Assembly: GCA_050950765.1 (NCBI GenBank)
Contig: JBMNIF010000002.1
Location: 320,001 to 384,000, forward strand
Source of the DNA: Bdellovibrionota bacterium
GTDB taxonomy: Bacteria > Bdellovibrionota_C > UBA2361 > JAAYZI01
Reading direction: 5' to 3'
DNA: 64,000 nt
Below, one piece after another: positions 27,088 through 37,973 of this stretch. Position 1 is the stretch's first letter. Each line of letters opens with the position of its first letter. The notes beneath the pieces were generated by a model. The model was not told the origin of the DNA. It made no database searches and saw only the letters and a program-made list of their open reading frames with translations. The position numbers were made by a program, and so were the translations under genes.

Positions 27088-28470
27088 CTAATACGCCTTT
27101 ACGATCTCTGCCTTTGGATAGTAGTGCTTTATTATTTCAGGATACGAATATCCTGCCAATGCCATCCCGACAGCACCGATCTGACAGAATCCTCCACCGT
27201 GTCCCCAACCTGCACCACGGAAATGAACTGCCTCCACATTACCAGCAGCATCTCGATCAAGTGTAAAAACAAAAGCGCTACTAAATAAAAATGTTTCGTG
27301 TAAGCAAGCACGGATATAGAACTGATCTCCTAAAGAAGCCACCTGTTTTTGACCTTTTTTATCTATATACACGATCTCCATTGTTAAGAACCTGCCGGAA
27401 ACGCCACGCTTCCCCCCTTTCAGATCAGAGATAGCCACCACGTCATCTAGTCCACACTTCTCTTTTAGCTTCTTAATAATAGTCGACGATGTTGTAGTGT
27501 GGTTCCAACGGAAATATTCCCCTTTTTCATCAACAGCCCCTAAGTATTGCTTTAAGTCCTGATCCGGAATCATCCCACAAAAAAAGTGTTCGCGCGGTGC
27601 ATCAAGCCACTTCAAAAAAGCGGCCTCCTCTCTTAAATCTTCACTCCAAATACCTTGATTTGGGCTATCTAAATAAACTTCTGGATGTCCCGCATCATAT
27701 CCGAAAAGTGCTTGTGTACTCTCCATGTGTCCACCACAACTCTTTGAATAGTTAGACGGAGCAACGTAACCGTTATTAAGAACAATATAATCTCCCCTAG
27801 AAGCTGTTACTAAATCGATCACGCGATCCGAGAGGTGGGTTGTACCTTGATAGCGTTGAGAAAAATCATCATTACAGATCTGATACGGTTTATCTGTATA
27901 CTTACTACCTAAAAAAACATAAGCCCATGAACGAGCAGCAGTAGCTTGTGCCCGTCCTGACTCTGTTAAAGAGTTCTCTCCACTCATTTCAGAAGCTAAT
28001 GCACAAACTGTATAAAACTCAATCCCGATAACATTCACTACTACGAAGTAATTAAGAGAGGGGATAATTTCTATCGTTCCTGGAAATGTTTGTGCGATCT
28101 CTTTTTGCCAATGGAAACCTCTCCCCGCAACGATATTTTCAAGTTTAATTCCACTCCCTGCTACTAACGGTTTTTCCTGTAAAGGTTTTAGTTTTAACGA
28201 ACCTGTAAAAACTCCTAACTCTTCTCCGTCGAGACTTAACACAGAGAGACCGTTATGTAACGTTAGGCGATATTTTAAATTGCACTTCTCAGCACCACAA
28301 AAAAGAAACTCCTCTCCTGCAGATGTTGAAAGGAGCAGGTCGTCTTGTGGAATAAATTCGATAAAGTCTTTCTTATCTTCTTCTAAAACAATTCCAACCC
28401 TGATAATCGGCTCTACCTGCGGTACTCTCACAGCAGTTGGTGCTGCTTCATACATCTTATAAACTACCAT
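27088..28470 (-). CDS. SpoIID/LytB domain lytic transglycosylase-like protein
   Basis: ASEM, AQATAARS, QRYQG, SCGG, GAGWGHGGGFCQIGA...IIKHYYP. Confidence 0.9.
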   Translation of the reverse strand: MVVYKMYEAAPTAVRVPQVEPIIRVGIVLEEDKKDFIEFIPQDDLLLSTSAGEEFLFCGAEKCNLKYRLTLHNGLSVLSLDGEELGVFTGSLKLKPLQEKPLVAGSGIKLENIVAGRGFHWQKEIAQTFPGTIEIIPSLNYFVVVNVIGIEFYTVCALASEMSGENSLTESGRAQATAARSWAYVFLGSKYTDKPYQICNDDFSQRYQGTTHLSDRVIDLVTASRGDYIVLNNGYVAPSNYSKSCGGHMESTQALFGYDAGHPEVYLDSPNQGIWSEDLREEAAFLKWLDAPREHFFCGMIPDQDLKQYLGAVDEKGEYFRWNHTTTSSTIIKKLKEKCGLDDVVAISDLKGGKRGVSGRFLTMEIVYIDKKGQKQVASLGDQFYIRACLHETFLFSSAFVFTLDRDAAGNVEAVHFRGAGWGHGGGFCQIGAVGMALAGYSYPEIIKHYYPKAEIVKAY

Positions 28471-28659
28471 AACTTTATCACTCCCCTTAAAAACTTTACC
28501 GCTTTGAAGGATCCAGACACCGCTAATGTCGCTATTTTTAAATCTTATAGAGATTCGATCTTACCATTTTCTTACTCAATTTTTCCTTATTTTTGCGAAA
28601 ATTAACGTTCTAAAACTTTGTTAATAGATTTTATACACAGAGGTGCAAAATTCAAAAAG

Positions 28660-28746
28660 CCAACTCTTGTGCCACCCTTTAGGTGGAAGGTTTTAAAAAG
28701 CAACTAGGGTTAAAAGCTAGGAAAAATGAATAATATCAAGATGTTA
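28660..28746 (-). promoter_or_regulatory. Candidate sigma54 (-24/-12) promoter with upstream IHF site, facing the SpoIID gene
   Basis: Minus strand TGGCAC-AAGAG-TTGG (28674-28660; one mismatch to TGGCAC-N5-TTGC); TATCAA-GATG-TTA at 28734-28746 matches WATCAR-N4-TTR. Confidence 0.5.
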
Positions 28747-28861
28747 TAAAAAGACGCTTTCTAGCGTTGAATTCTTGCGAAAAAAATCGCTCTTTCCTCA
28801 TCTTATAAGCGTGGTGCTTATTAGGCACTTTGTGAATCGAGGTAAGGAAGGTTTTGTAATC

Positions 28862-30292
28862 ATGGCGTTAGAAATTAAGTTATCACAGAAACTAAGTCAG
28901 TCTCTTTTGATGACACCACAACTGCAACACGCTATTAAGCTTTTGCAGTTAGGTCGTTTGGAATACATAGAAGCTATAGAAAAAGAGCTCCTAGAGAATC
29001 CGATCTTAGAAGAGCTACACGAAGATCAATCCAACTCCACTAAGAAACAAAAAGAAAAAGAGTTACGTGACACGGAAGAAGCTCCTATTGAGCCCAGAAA
29101 AGATGAATCACCTATCGAATGGGATGATTACATATCTAGTTTTTCTGATTATCGTCCTTCTTCTGATAGAGGCACCTTTGATCAAGAAGATCACCCTTCC
29201 ATAGAAGCCACCCTCACAAAAAGTAAAGACTTAACCGATTATATTTTATCTCAGATCTGCGTATCTAAACTGAACCAAACGGAAAAAGAGATCCTGTTTC
29301 AGATTATAGGTAATTTAAATAAAGATGGATATCTCTGCATTGAATACTCCGAAATCGCCGCTGAATGTAACTGTTCAGAAGAAGAGGTTCTGGAGGTTAT
29401 TGAGCTGATCCAATCTTTAGATCCTGCCGGACTGGGTGCACGCAACTTACAAGAGTGCCTCTTAATTCAATTAGGCAAACTGGGGCTTGGAGAATCATTA
29501 GCAGCTAAAATCGTAAAAGAGTACCTCCCAGAACTTGAGAGAAAAAAATACGACTTAATCGCAAAAAATGAAGGCGTTGCCATAGAGGATGTTTACAGTA
29601 GTGTAGCAACCATTCAACATTTAGAGCCCCGCCCTGGACGCTCCTACTCCGACGATGCCACACGCTATATTATCCCTGATATATACGTTATTAAAGACAA
29701 TGGCGGGTACGTTATAACCCTAAATGAAGAAGGGCTTCCACGTTTAAGGGTCAACCCTTATTATCTGCAACTCTTAAATAAAAACGATGCGGATAGTGAC
29801 ACTAGCCGTGCTTATTTAACAGACCGCTTTAAAGCAGCTTCTTGGTTGATAAAAAGCATTCATCAAAGGCAGAATACCATTTACCGTGTCACTGAAAGTA
29901 TTATGAAATTTCAACGTAAATTTCTAGACGATGGTATAGAATATTTAAAACCACTCGTATTAAAAGACGTTGCAAACGATATCGGTATGCACGAATCAAC
30001 CGTTAGTCGTGTTACAACCAATAAATACGTGCACACACCACAAGGTGTCTTTGAGTTGAAGTATTTCTTTACTACGGCGATAAAAACAGACGAGGGTAGC
30101 GTCTCCTCTTCCAGCGTTAAAGAAAAAATTCGAGCGCTGATCGCAGAGGAACCTGCTTCAAACCCCATCAGCGATCAACAGATAGTTGAGATACTTTCTC
30201 AAGAAAACATCAGCATAGCTCGGCGTACAGTAGCTAAGTATCGAGAAAGTTTGGGGATTTTATCATCTTCTAAGCGCAAAAAATTATTTTAA
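28862..30292 (+). CDS. rpoN: RNA polymerase sigma-54 factor
   Basis: MTPQLQHAIKLLQL, LENP, HESTVSR, RpoN box ARRTVAKYR; start MALEIK at 28862. Confidence 0.97.
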   Translation: MALEIKLSQKLSQSLLMTPQLQHAIKLLQLGRLEYIEAIEKELLENPILEELHEDQSNSTKKQKEKELRDTEEAPIEPRKDESPIEWDDYISSFSDYRPSSDRGTFDQEDHPSIEATLTKSKDLTDYILSQICVSKLNQTEKEILFQIIGNLNKDGYLCIEYSEIAAECNCSEEEVLEVIELIQSLDPAGLGARNLQECLLIQLGKLGLGESLAAKIVKEYLPELERKKYDLIAKNEGVAIEDVYSSVATIQHLEPRPGRSYSDDATRYIIPDIYVIKDNGGYVITLNEEGLPRLRVNPYYLQLLNKNDADSDTSRAYLTDRFKAASWLIKSIHQRQNTIYRVTESIMKFQRKFLDDGIEYLKPLVLKDVANDIGMHESTVSRVTTNKYVHTPQGVFELKYFFTTAIKTDEGSVSSSSVKEKIRALIAEEPASNPISDQQIVEILSQENISIARRTVAKYRESLGILSSSKRKKLF

Positions 30293-30395
30293 TGTTTTTA
30301 ATTATTTAAAAGGTGTGCAATTCTGAATAATATTCTAGATTCAACCTTAGGAATAATTGCAAAGTTTTTTATTAACCTACTTTAAGGGGAATATT

Positions 30396-30710
30396 ATGGT
30401 AAATGATGCAAACATTATTTCAATGAATGTTACATTCAGAAATATGGATGTCTCGGACGCATTAAGAAACTATGCTGAAGAGAAGTTGGAGGGGTGTTTA
30501 CGCAAGTTCATCAGAAAGAACACAGAGGTAAATATCATTCTACTTGTAGAGAAACATCGTCAGATCGCCGAGATCTCTTTCGCCTCTGATGGTGTAAGTT
30601 TTAAGAACTCGGAAGAGTCTGATGATATGTACAAGTCCATTGATAAATTAGTTGATTCGTTAACGAACCAACTTCGTAGACATAAAGAAAAATTGATAAA
30701 ACGCAATTGA
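30396..30710 (+). CDS. hpf: Ribosome hibernation promoting factor (HPF/RaiA)
   Basis: VTFRNMDVSDALRNYAEEKL...DMYKSID...QLRRHKEK; follows rpoN. Confidence 0.92.
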   Translation: MVNDANIISMNVTFRNMDVSDALRNYAEEKLEGCLRKFIRKNTEVNIILLVEKHRQIAEISFASDGVSFKNSEESDDMYKSIDKLVDSLTNQLRRHKEKLIKRN

Positions 30711-31594
30711 AAACTAACCTCAGTCACATATCATCTTTGATATTAATTACTGGAATATCCGGGGCAGGCAAGTCGAGTGTCCTGCACTCCTTGGCTGACC
30801 TCGGATATTACGCAATTGATAATTTACCAGTTTCTCTACTGGAAACATTTTTAGAGTTTTCCGCCACAGCTCCCGATAAATTTAAACGCACTGCCCTGTT
30901 ATTGGATGTTTATTCTCTGGATGACGAACAAACGTTACTTAAGTCATTGGGGGAGTTAAAGTTAAAACAGCAGAATATGGAGCTGTTTTTTATTGATTGT
31001 CGCACTGAAACTATTATCAAACGTTATAGTGAAACACGTCGTCCACACCCTGCTTTTAATGCTGATACAGATCGTGGCTTAAGCGATACTATTGCGCGCG
31101 AACGTGACAGATTGATGTCTTTTAAAGATATCGCAACGTTTATTATCGATACATCATACCTTAACATTCACGATCTACGCCGTAAGATTAGAGACTTTGT
31201 TGATAGTCACAGCAAAACCACCTCAACTAACTTACGTGTTAATTTTATATCTTTCGGCTTTAAAAAAGGTCTTCCCAGAGATTGTGATATCGTAATGGAT
31301 GTGCGCTTCTTATCCAATCCGTATTTTATCCCTGAATTACGCAGCCGCACAGGGCTGGATCAAGACGTTCGTGACTTCGTGGAAAAGCAACCTGCTACAA
31401 AAGACTTTATAGAAAAATATTCAGACCTACTTAATTTCCTCCTTCCGCAATACGTTTTTGAAGGGAAATCGTACCTAAGCATCGGCATAGGTTGCACAGG
31501 TGGTCAACACCGCTCCGTTGCCATCGCTGAAATTTTAGCAAGCAAAATAACAGACCAAAAATACCTAGTCAGTATTCAACACAGAGACCTCTAA
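30707..31594 (+). CDS. rapZ: RNase adapter RapZ (P-loop NTPase)
   Basis: TGISGAGKS, DNLP, RYSETRRPHP, SFGFK, DVRFLSNP, GCTGGQHRS. Confidence 0.95.
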   Translation: MKTNLSHISSLILITGISGAGKSSVLHSLADLGYYAIDNLPVSLLETFLEFSATAPDKFKRTALLLDVYSLDDEQTLLKSLGELKLKQQNMELFFIDCRTETIIKRYSETRRPHPAFNADTDRGLSDTIARERDRLMSFKDIATFIIDTSYLNIHDLRRKIRDFVDSHSKTTSTNLRVNFISFGFKKGLPRDCDIVMDVRFLSNPYFIPELRSRTGLDQDVRDFVEKQPATKDFIEKYSDLLNFLLPQYVFEGKSYLSIGIGCTGGQHRSVAIAEILASKITDQKYLVSIQHRDL

Positions 31595-31664
31595 AATTCG
31601 TGTGAGTGGAATAGATTCCACCCTATAAAATAGCTAAGACCTGATATAGTTTGATCTTTAAACT

Positions 31665-32246
31665 CTAGTTTTCAAAAGTTCGACAGAAATCTTCGAGCTC
31701 ATCAATCTTCGGTTCAAGCTCATTTTTAATTACTTCACCTAGCGCCCACCATGATTGATAAAGTTGATGCTGACAGATCTTTTTACAAATATCTGAAATG
31801 TCGGAAACCTGTTTATCGATGTTATACCTCTCTTTCTCACTATCTGGAATCAGCTCTACGATAGAAGCATACCACTGGAAAAAAGCCTGCAAAGTGTGCA
31901 CGGCTTCAGATAAGATCTGATTTCCACCCTGCATCTTCCCACTTTGAAAATCTTTGCGCGCATTACGAAATTTTATATAACACTCACGCAAAACAGGCGC
32001 AGCGATGCAAAATCTCGAGTTTACAAAATCACTAGGCGTGCCCGTACTTATAACCAGATCACGACCCTCTATTTGAGACATCGGAGAGGCCCAATCAGAA
32101 TCAGTTAACTCCCGTCCGTCTAAAATCAGATCCGTAATCATATGCTCCGGATCAATGGTTGTCTTTATAAGTTCAATCAGATCAGTAAACCTAACCAATG
32201 AATCTGTTTTGAATTCGTTCTCTATACCGTTAATAGTTATTCTCAT
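31665..32246 (-). CDS. Hypothetical protein
   Basis: 193-aa ORF downstream of the glycosyltransferases in the same orientation. Confidence 0.75.
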   Translation of the reverse strand: MRITINGIENEFKTDSLVRFTDLIELIKTTIDPEHMITDLILDGRELTDSDWASPMSQIEGRDLVISTGTPSDFVNSRFCIAAPVLRECYIKFRNARKDFQSGKMQGGNQILSEAVHTLQAFFQWYASIVELIPDSEKERYNIDKQVSDISDICKKICQHQLYQSWWALGEVIKNELEPKIDELEDFCRTFEN

Positions 32247-32260
32247 AATTCACACTCTAC

Positions 32261-33963
32261 TTAAATAACACGGGAAGAATAACAAAATGCTAGCTTCTTT
32301 CCACGCCGCTCTAAAGCTTGATAATGCACCCTCATTTGAGATGCTAATAATAGGGCATCAGTTCCAGTAATATTCTCCTTATCAAAGATAAAGAGCCTCG
32401 TCAGAGGACCTAAATACGGATAGTGATACCCCGTTTGCTCTATCTCCCGATCCAGCTCCACTAACGCCTTATTAACTCGCCCTAGCTCCGCAGCTGATGA
32501 GTTTGTATCTTTAACTAAGAGGCACAACTCATCAATTAACGAAACACCTTTTCTTGCTCCTTCTAAAACGTTTCCCAAACCTTCTATCTTCGCAATATCG
32601 TCGGCAGAAGGTTCTTTTATGGATAGATCATATCCTGCCAAATCATCCAACCACACATCACGATAAGCATCTCTATATACTCGCCAAGGATCGTTTTCAT
32701 CCGAAGTAAGTGGTATAAAATTACAAAATCCGAACTTATCAAAAGCGGATCGATAAACAACAACCTTACTAGGATCAGCATACCCCTGCGGTAAACTTGT
32801 AAAATCCTCTTTAATGCGCCGTATTACTAGATCTGCCATCATCTCCGGATCTATCTGCTCATGACAATCAGGTCTTGCACACGGTCTATTTGGGTTGCAA
32901 GGACAACACTGCACCATCGGTTGTAACACTATATTACCAGCGCTATACGGCCCCGTTTCAAAACAATAGGCTGAAGCTAAAAACATCGCCACCACAGGCG
33001 TGCCTGCTGCCACACTGATGTGCATCGGTCCAGTATCACCTGTTACTAAGAGATCGCTCTGCGCCAATAACGCCGTCAGTTGCGGGATATTTGTTTTACC
33101 CGCCGCCACAAAAACATTCTCTGAATTTAAACTATCTTTTATAGGCTGAATAATTGAAAGCTCTTTCTTGGTACCGGTTAAAACAATTCTGGCGTTATGC
33201 TTATCTATTAAAATTCTTATCAACCTAACAAAACGATCAGGTGCCCATTGTCGTTTGCCCTGACTGGCACCAGCTTGAATCGCTATAAGTGGTCCCTGTA
33301 TTAGTAAAAAACCAGCACTAGCTATCATCTCTTTCGCAGAATTTTCTTCTCTTGATCTGCAATATTTTATCAGTAAATTTCTGAGGGATGTTGTTTCTAC
33401 ATCTGCCGAACAACGGAAAGACATCAAACTAAAATTGATTGAATTAAAATCTTCTGTTTTTTGATGAAAAGGACAGAAACAGGCAAAAGAGCCTCGCCCA
33501 ATCTGATTTCAATAAACACGACACCCCCTCATCGTCCAGCAGTCCCAAACCTCCGTGGGACGCGTGATGCCCCAAACATCTTGAGGGAGTAAACGCAGTA
33601 TAAGGAGAGGATGACATATTTTAAACAATAATCAAAAGTTCTTTTGCCCCTTAAACTCTTCAATAAAAATCCGAAAACGAAACTCATAGGCCATCTATCG
33701 TTCCTTCCGGACCACGCGCCATTGAAACGCACAATCCACCCCCATATCAAGGGTTTAAAAACTTCATCAATATTCGGCAAACCAGTAACAGGGACACTTT
33801 TCAAAACTGTTTTCTCCACTAATACCGTAATATGGACAGTGCGGATTTCTCTGCCTTAAATTCCAGCGATAGTCCGGTGTAGCCTGCAAACATATCACCG
33901 AGGTCTGGTAATGTTTAACCAGTAGTAACCTTATTTTTTTTTCTATATATGTTTCGTTTTCAT
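32261..33963 (-). pseudogene. Glycosyltransferase family 9 (heptosyltransferase-like); 5' third broken by frameshifts
   Basis: Intact 3' part has QAGAS..RQW and LVTGDTGPMH; the N-terminus (...LGDMxQATP...LPNIDEV) is recognisable across frames up to an ATG at 33963. Confidence 0.75.
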
Positions 33964-33989
33964 AACAGAATCATCCCATGCCAAATCAG

Positions 33990-35937
33990 TTTAAATCCTC
34001 TTCCCCCATCTCACTCTCTTTTCATGCGAATAATCTGCTTGGAGATATGGAAATAGAAAAACAACAAACTTTTTGCTCAGTCTCTGTTTAAACTGCCCCT
34101 TGCCTGTAAACAATATCAGAGGACCAGTCCCCATCCAAGCCTGCCTCTTTCTCCCCTTTTCAAAAAGCTCTTTTTACAAACGGTTTATACAAACTCTTGA
34201 TCAGGATAACGTTTTGGTGCGTTTCAAGGGATGGCGTGCCATGGATTGTTTATCAGCTCTGCGTTTGTAAAATTTTTCATAAACAACGGCTTGTAAAATA
34301 ATGGGAAAAGCATCTCTTGCAATCTGTGGGGTGTAGGTGTGTTTTTTTTTCAAAGCAGTTTTCTCTTACTACGTGCCCGCAAAAAGCTAAAACGCTCCCT
34401 CTTCATGCTCAAGAAAAATATTCTGCTTTCTCTTTTTAATTCAGGGATAGTAATCAAAAGTCACGATATCTTCATTTGAAAGTAAAACGCTTCAGGGAAG
34501 TAATGTTTCTAGAATCAACAAGTTGAAAAAGCTCCACACCCTGCTAATTCAAAAAGTTTCTCGGATTTTATAAAAATCAACCGTAAGGATCAAACTCCCA
34601 TCTCGCTCCGTCGAAGAGTGTAAAATTAATATTTTACCTTCGTTGCATTGAAGATCTTAATATACTCTTTCAGGGGTAAGGACGTCCTGCCCACCTTCTT
34701 GGGACTAAGCGATCAAAACGGCTTTACATTTCGGGCCATTCAGTGCCCCAAAATTTTTAAAAGGCATATTAGCAAAAAGATGCGAAAAGATTGTTTGTCG
34801 ATTATGATAGCCAGCACCGACAAAAAGATATCGGAGAAACCCCAAACGTGCCCATCTCTTCTGCCGAAAAGTTTTTAAACGGCATATGTTACACACGGAT
34901 CAAAAAGCTGTCCGGTAAAATAATGAACTTCCGGGACAAACCCGCCCTGTTTTAATAGCTTTCTATACACTCACCCCCGTTTGAATGGTGGAAAAATAAA
35001 AATCGTAATACGGCGCTAACGCCTCCCAAGTTTTAAATCTATTATAATCTTCTACAAACCACAGGACTGTAATAACCCCGTTACGCCTCAACTCTGCCAA
35101 AGTTTCTCCCGTAATCGGAGCAAGTGCCATACAGATTAATATATCGATCGGTTTTTCCAAGATTGATTGTCTAATAAGGTCGGAAAGAAACTCGACATAT
35201 TTCCCCTGCGCATTAGCACGTATTAGATCGTTGTATAAAAAACCTCCGATCGCTTGATAGCCAGAATCAAAGGTGCTCATATCTATTGTACGTACTCTCT
35301 GCCCCATTAGAGCAAGGCTGCGCGCCGTATACGTCATAATCGGCCCCGTACCGCCACGAATTGGTCCTAAAACACCTATTTTAGGCTGCAAAGCTGTTAA
35401 GCCTCTAGCTCCGTAAAAACTCGTCCGAATTTTACTGTTTAATTCAGCAGCAACAACTTGCATTTGCGGACGAACGATCAATTCTGCATTTGACTCAAAG
35501 CTCTCTTCTCCTGCTACACTCAGATCTACAATATCTTTAAGAAGAGGTGTTAAATCTCGACACCCTAAAACAACTCTTAAGACATCTAGATCCAAAGCGA
35601 TCACTGCAATCTTCTTTTTAGAAACTTCAAGTAGAGCTTCTACGTGGTAGCCACACCCTAAATCAAAAACCGTAATCTGTTCGCAATCTTCAAAACGTCT
35701 ATCTCGCAACTCTCTTGAAACCCAATTAGTAGCGGCTGATTTCGGTTTCGTCGGATGATCAAGACACTGCCCATCGACATACAAAACTGGGCCGTCATTG
35801 CTGTTTGATATTTCAACTTGAAAATTAGAAGTTTTACCCCCCTCTTCTTTAATCCGCTTAGCTAAAGCAGGAAACCGATCAGTAATAACCTGCAAATTCT
35901 TCTCAAAAATTTCGCTATGCTGCCCTGTCATTACCAT
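33990..35937 (-). pseudogene. CgeB/YkvP-like glycosyltransferase with N-terminal extension; 3' half broken by frameshifts (end approximate)
   Basis: Intact ORF to 34963 (LWFVED); fragments FVGAGYHNR and NLHSS..DG.DP.G...NPRTFELAGCGAFQL in shifting frames downstream. Confidence 0.75.
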
Positions 35938-36135
35938 GTCTGTTTTTGTCCTTTTTGAATTTCTGATACCTCAGCGAGCAATTTATTCATAATATCTCTG
36001 ACATCAATGGAAGCTACCTCTGTAAACTGTGCAAGCAAACTCTAAGATCGCTTCAGCTTGTTCCACCTCTCCTTTCTCAAGCATCGCCTTAGCTTGCTTT
36101 ATAGCTTTGAAATACTTTCCCTCTTTTTCTTCCAT
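35931..36135 (-). CDS. Small hypothetical protein, probably one frameshift
   Basis: GGTGAG RBS, MEEKEGKYFKAIKQAKAMLEKGEVEQAEAIL...; a second frame continues to a stop overlapping the next start. Confidence 0.45.
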
Positions 36136-36376
36136 GTAACGCTCACCGTACCAACCGAAAACACAACAATAAGAATAGCTTAGTCCTTAACCACAAAGAC
36201 ACGAAAGCTCTTAAGTGCTAAGATGCGAATTGCACAATAAACGGTTCAAGTACCCTAACAAAAAAGAAAAGAGCTAAACTCCCCCTTTTCTCTCTCTTTT
36301 ATGACAGGTCATTTATCTTGAATAAAGGCAAGATTTCAGCATAATCCACTACGCGATTTAACCTTGATGAGGCATT

Positions 36377-37111
36377 ATGGATGAACGTTTTGCACGCATA
36401 AGTATGTTACTAGGCGAAGCTGCTATGCAGCGCTTGCAGATGGCAACCGTAACGGTTGTCGGTTTGGGCGCAGTCGGCGGACAAGCGCTCGAAGCACTAA
36501 GTCGCTCAGGAGTTGGACGTATCCGCGTTGTAGATTTCGATATCATCCGCAGAACGAACATCAATCGTCAGATCTTGGCTTTAGAAAGCACGATCGGACA
36601 AGCAAAAAGCGACTTGGCAGCGAGTAGAATTGCACAGATTAACCCAACTTGCACAATCGAAGTTTTAAAACTCTTTGTAGCAGAAGAGACACTTGATGAG
36701 GTTTTAAGCAACACACCTGGGATAGTTATCGATGCCATTGACTCTCTTAATCCAAAAAGTAAATTGATAGATGCACTGTTAACAAGGGAGATCCCTTTTA
36801 TCTCTTCTATGGGCGCAGCACGTTTAAAAGATCCGTTTTCCATAAAAGTCGGTCACTTTTCTGAAGTAACAAAGTGTCCCTTAGCACACATGGTTAAGCG
36901 TCGTTTGAAATCTATCGGGCAAACAAGAGATTTTTTGTGCGTTTACTCTGATGAAGAGCCTATTCGTACCGCAGAATCGATACTTCCACCTGATGATGAT
37001 TTTTATAAACGTGGCCGAGATAGAAGACCTTTGGGGAGCTCCCCTATTATTACGGCGATATTCGGACTTCTAGCAGCAAACACCGTGATTGATATGATAA
37101 TTAAGGAATAA
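36377..37111 (+). CDS. tcdA: tRNA threonylcarbamoyladenosine dehydratase (ThiF/TcdA family)
   Basis: VVGLGAVGG, ALSRSGVG, TNINRQ, IDAIDS, ISSMGAA, CPLA, VYSDE. Confidence 0.9.
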   Translation: MDERFARISMLLGEAAMQRLQMATVTVVGLGAVGGQALEALSRSGVGRIRVVDFDIIRRTNINRQILALESTIGQAKSDLAASRIAQINPTCTIEVLKLFVAEETLDEVLSNTPGIVIDAIDSLNPKSKLIDALLTREIPFISSMGAARLKDPFSIKVGHFSEVTKCPLAHMVKRRLKSIGQTRDFLCVYSDEEPIRTAESILPPDDDFYKRGRDRRPLGSSPIITAIFGLLAANTVIDMIIKE

Positions 37112-37139
37112 ATAACCTCAACTATCATAAAAAACATAC

Positions 37140-37973
37140 TTATTGAACAAGGCTAGAAAACGGTATCCACGCTAATTGTTCCGGTAAAAGTGTGGTTTTT
37201 ACTAGTAAGATCTCACTCGGCAAAACACTTCCTGCCCAAGCGATCACAAAGAATCTAGCGCTACCACTAACTTCAGAAATTGTTACGCTACCACTGGCCG
37301 AGATGATGGTAACTTCTGGCAACAATTTAGAGGCAACGATAAGCTTCCCTATCTTTACATCACCGCCTGCTACAATTATGGTAGGTGCTGCTAAAACCAA
37401 CCTATCAATGTAGATATAGCCGCTACTAGCTAAAAGATTTTCATGAATTATAGCAGGTCGTATAAAAATAATATTAGCTGCTTTCAAATTACCTTTCAGC
37501 ACTTTTCGTTCAATAATTAGATCTCCTAAAACCATCTTACAAAGCCTTGCCGATCTGAATGCAGTCGGAGTTAAATCAATTGGCGGCTCATCATCTTCAA
37601 AATCACAATCATCAACCTCTGAAAAGATCTTTCCGTAATTAAAAAACGGATATGTACCGTTTTTTAGATCCATCTTGTTAATCAATCCGATTCCCAAGTG
37701 ACCTCCTTTATATGAGCTACACAGCGATGTTAGCTCTCTTTTAATCACAACATCTCCAGATCTGTTTTGTGCTTTATTACTACAAACACTTGCGAGAGAC
37801 TTGCCTGAATCTTGCAAAACTTTATTTTTTGTTTCATTTTTTAAGCGTAAAGAACGCACCTCCTCTGCCTGCATTTCAAGTATTTTTTGTGTATACAGAT
37901 GTATCGTCTGAGTAATAACTGCAACAAAAAGGAGTAAAAAGATCATAACTATTGAAGCGAATCCTTTATTCAT
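37140..37973 (-). CDS. PilX/GspK-like minor pilin
   Basis: MNKG|FASIVMIFLLL N-terminus lacking Glu5; last gene of a four-gene pilin cluster. Confidence 0.6.
   Translation of the reverse strand: MNKGFASIVMIFLLLFVAVITQTIHLYTQKILEMQAEEVRSLRLKNETKNKVLQDSGKSLASVCSNKAQNRSGDVVIKRELTSLCSSYKGGHLGIGLINKMDLKNGTYPFFNYGKIFSEVDDCDFEDDEPPIDLTPTAFRSARLCKMVLGDLIIERKVLKGNLKAANIIFIRPAIIHENLLASSGYIYIDRLVLAAPTIIVAGGDVKIGKLIVASKLLPEVTIISASGSVTISEVSGSARFFVIAWAGSVLPSEILLVKTTLLPEQLAWIPFSSLVQ

Noticed and set aside
30396..31594. Absence of ptsN/npr from the rpoN-hpf-rapZ operon
   Set aside because: Real, but this operon's content is commonly variable.
33529..34896. Small ORFs in the track (33529..33819, 33644..33859, 34073..34270, 34648..34878, 34705..34896) as independent genes
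   Set aside because: They are fragments or antisense shadows of the two frameshifted glycosyltransferases.
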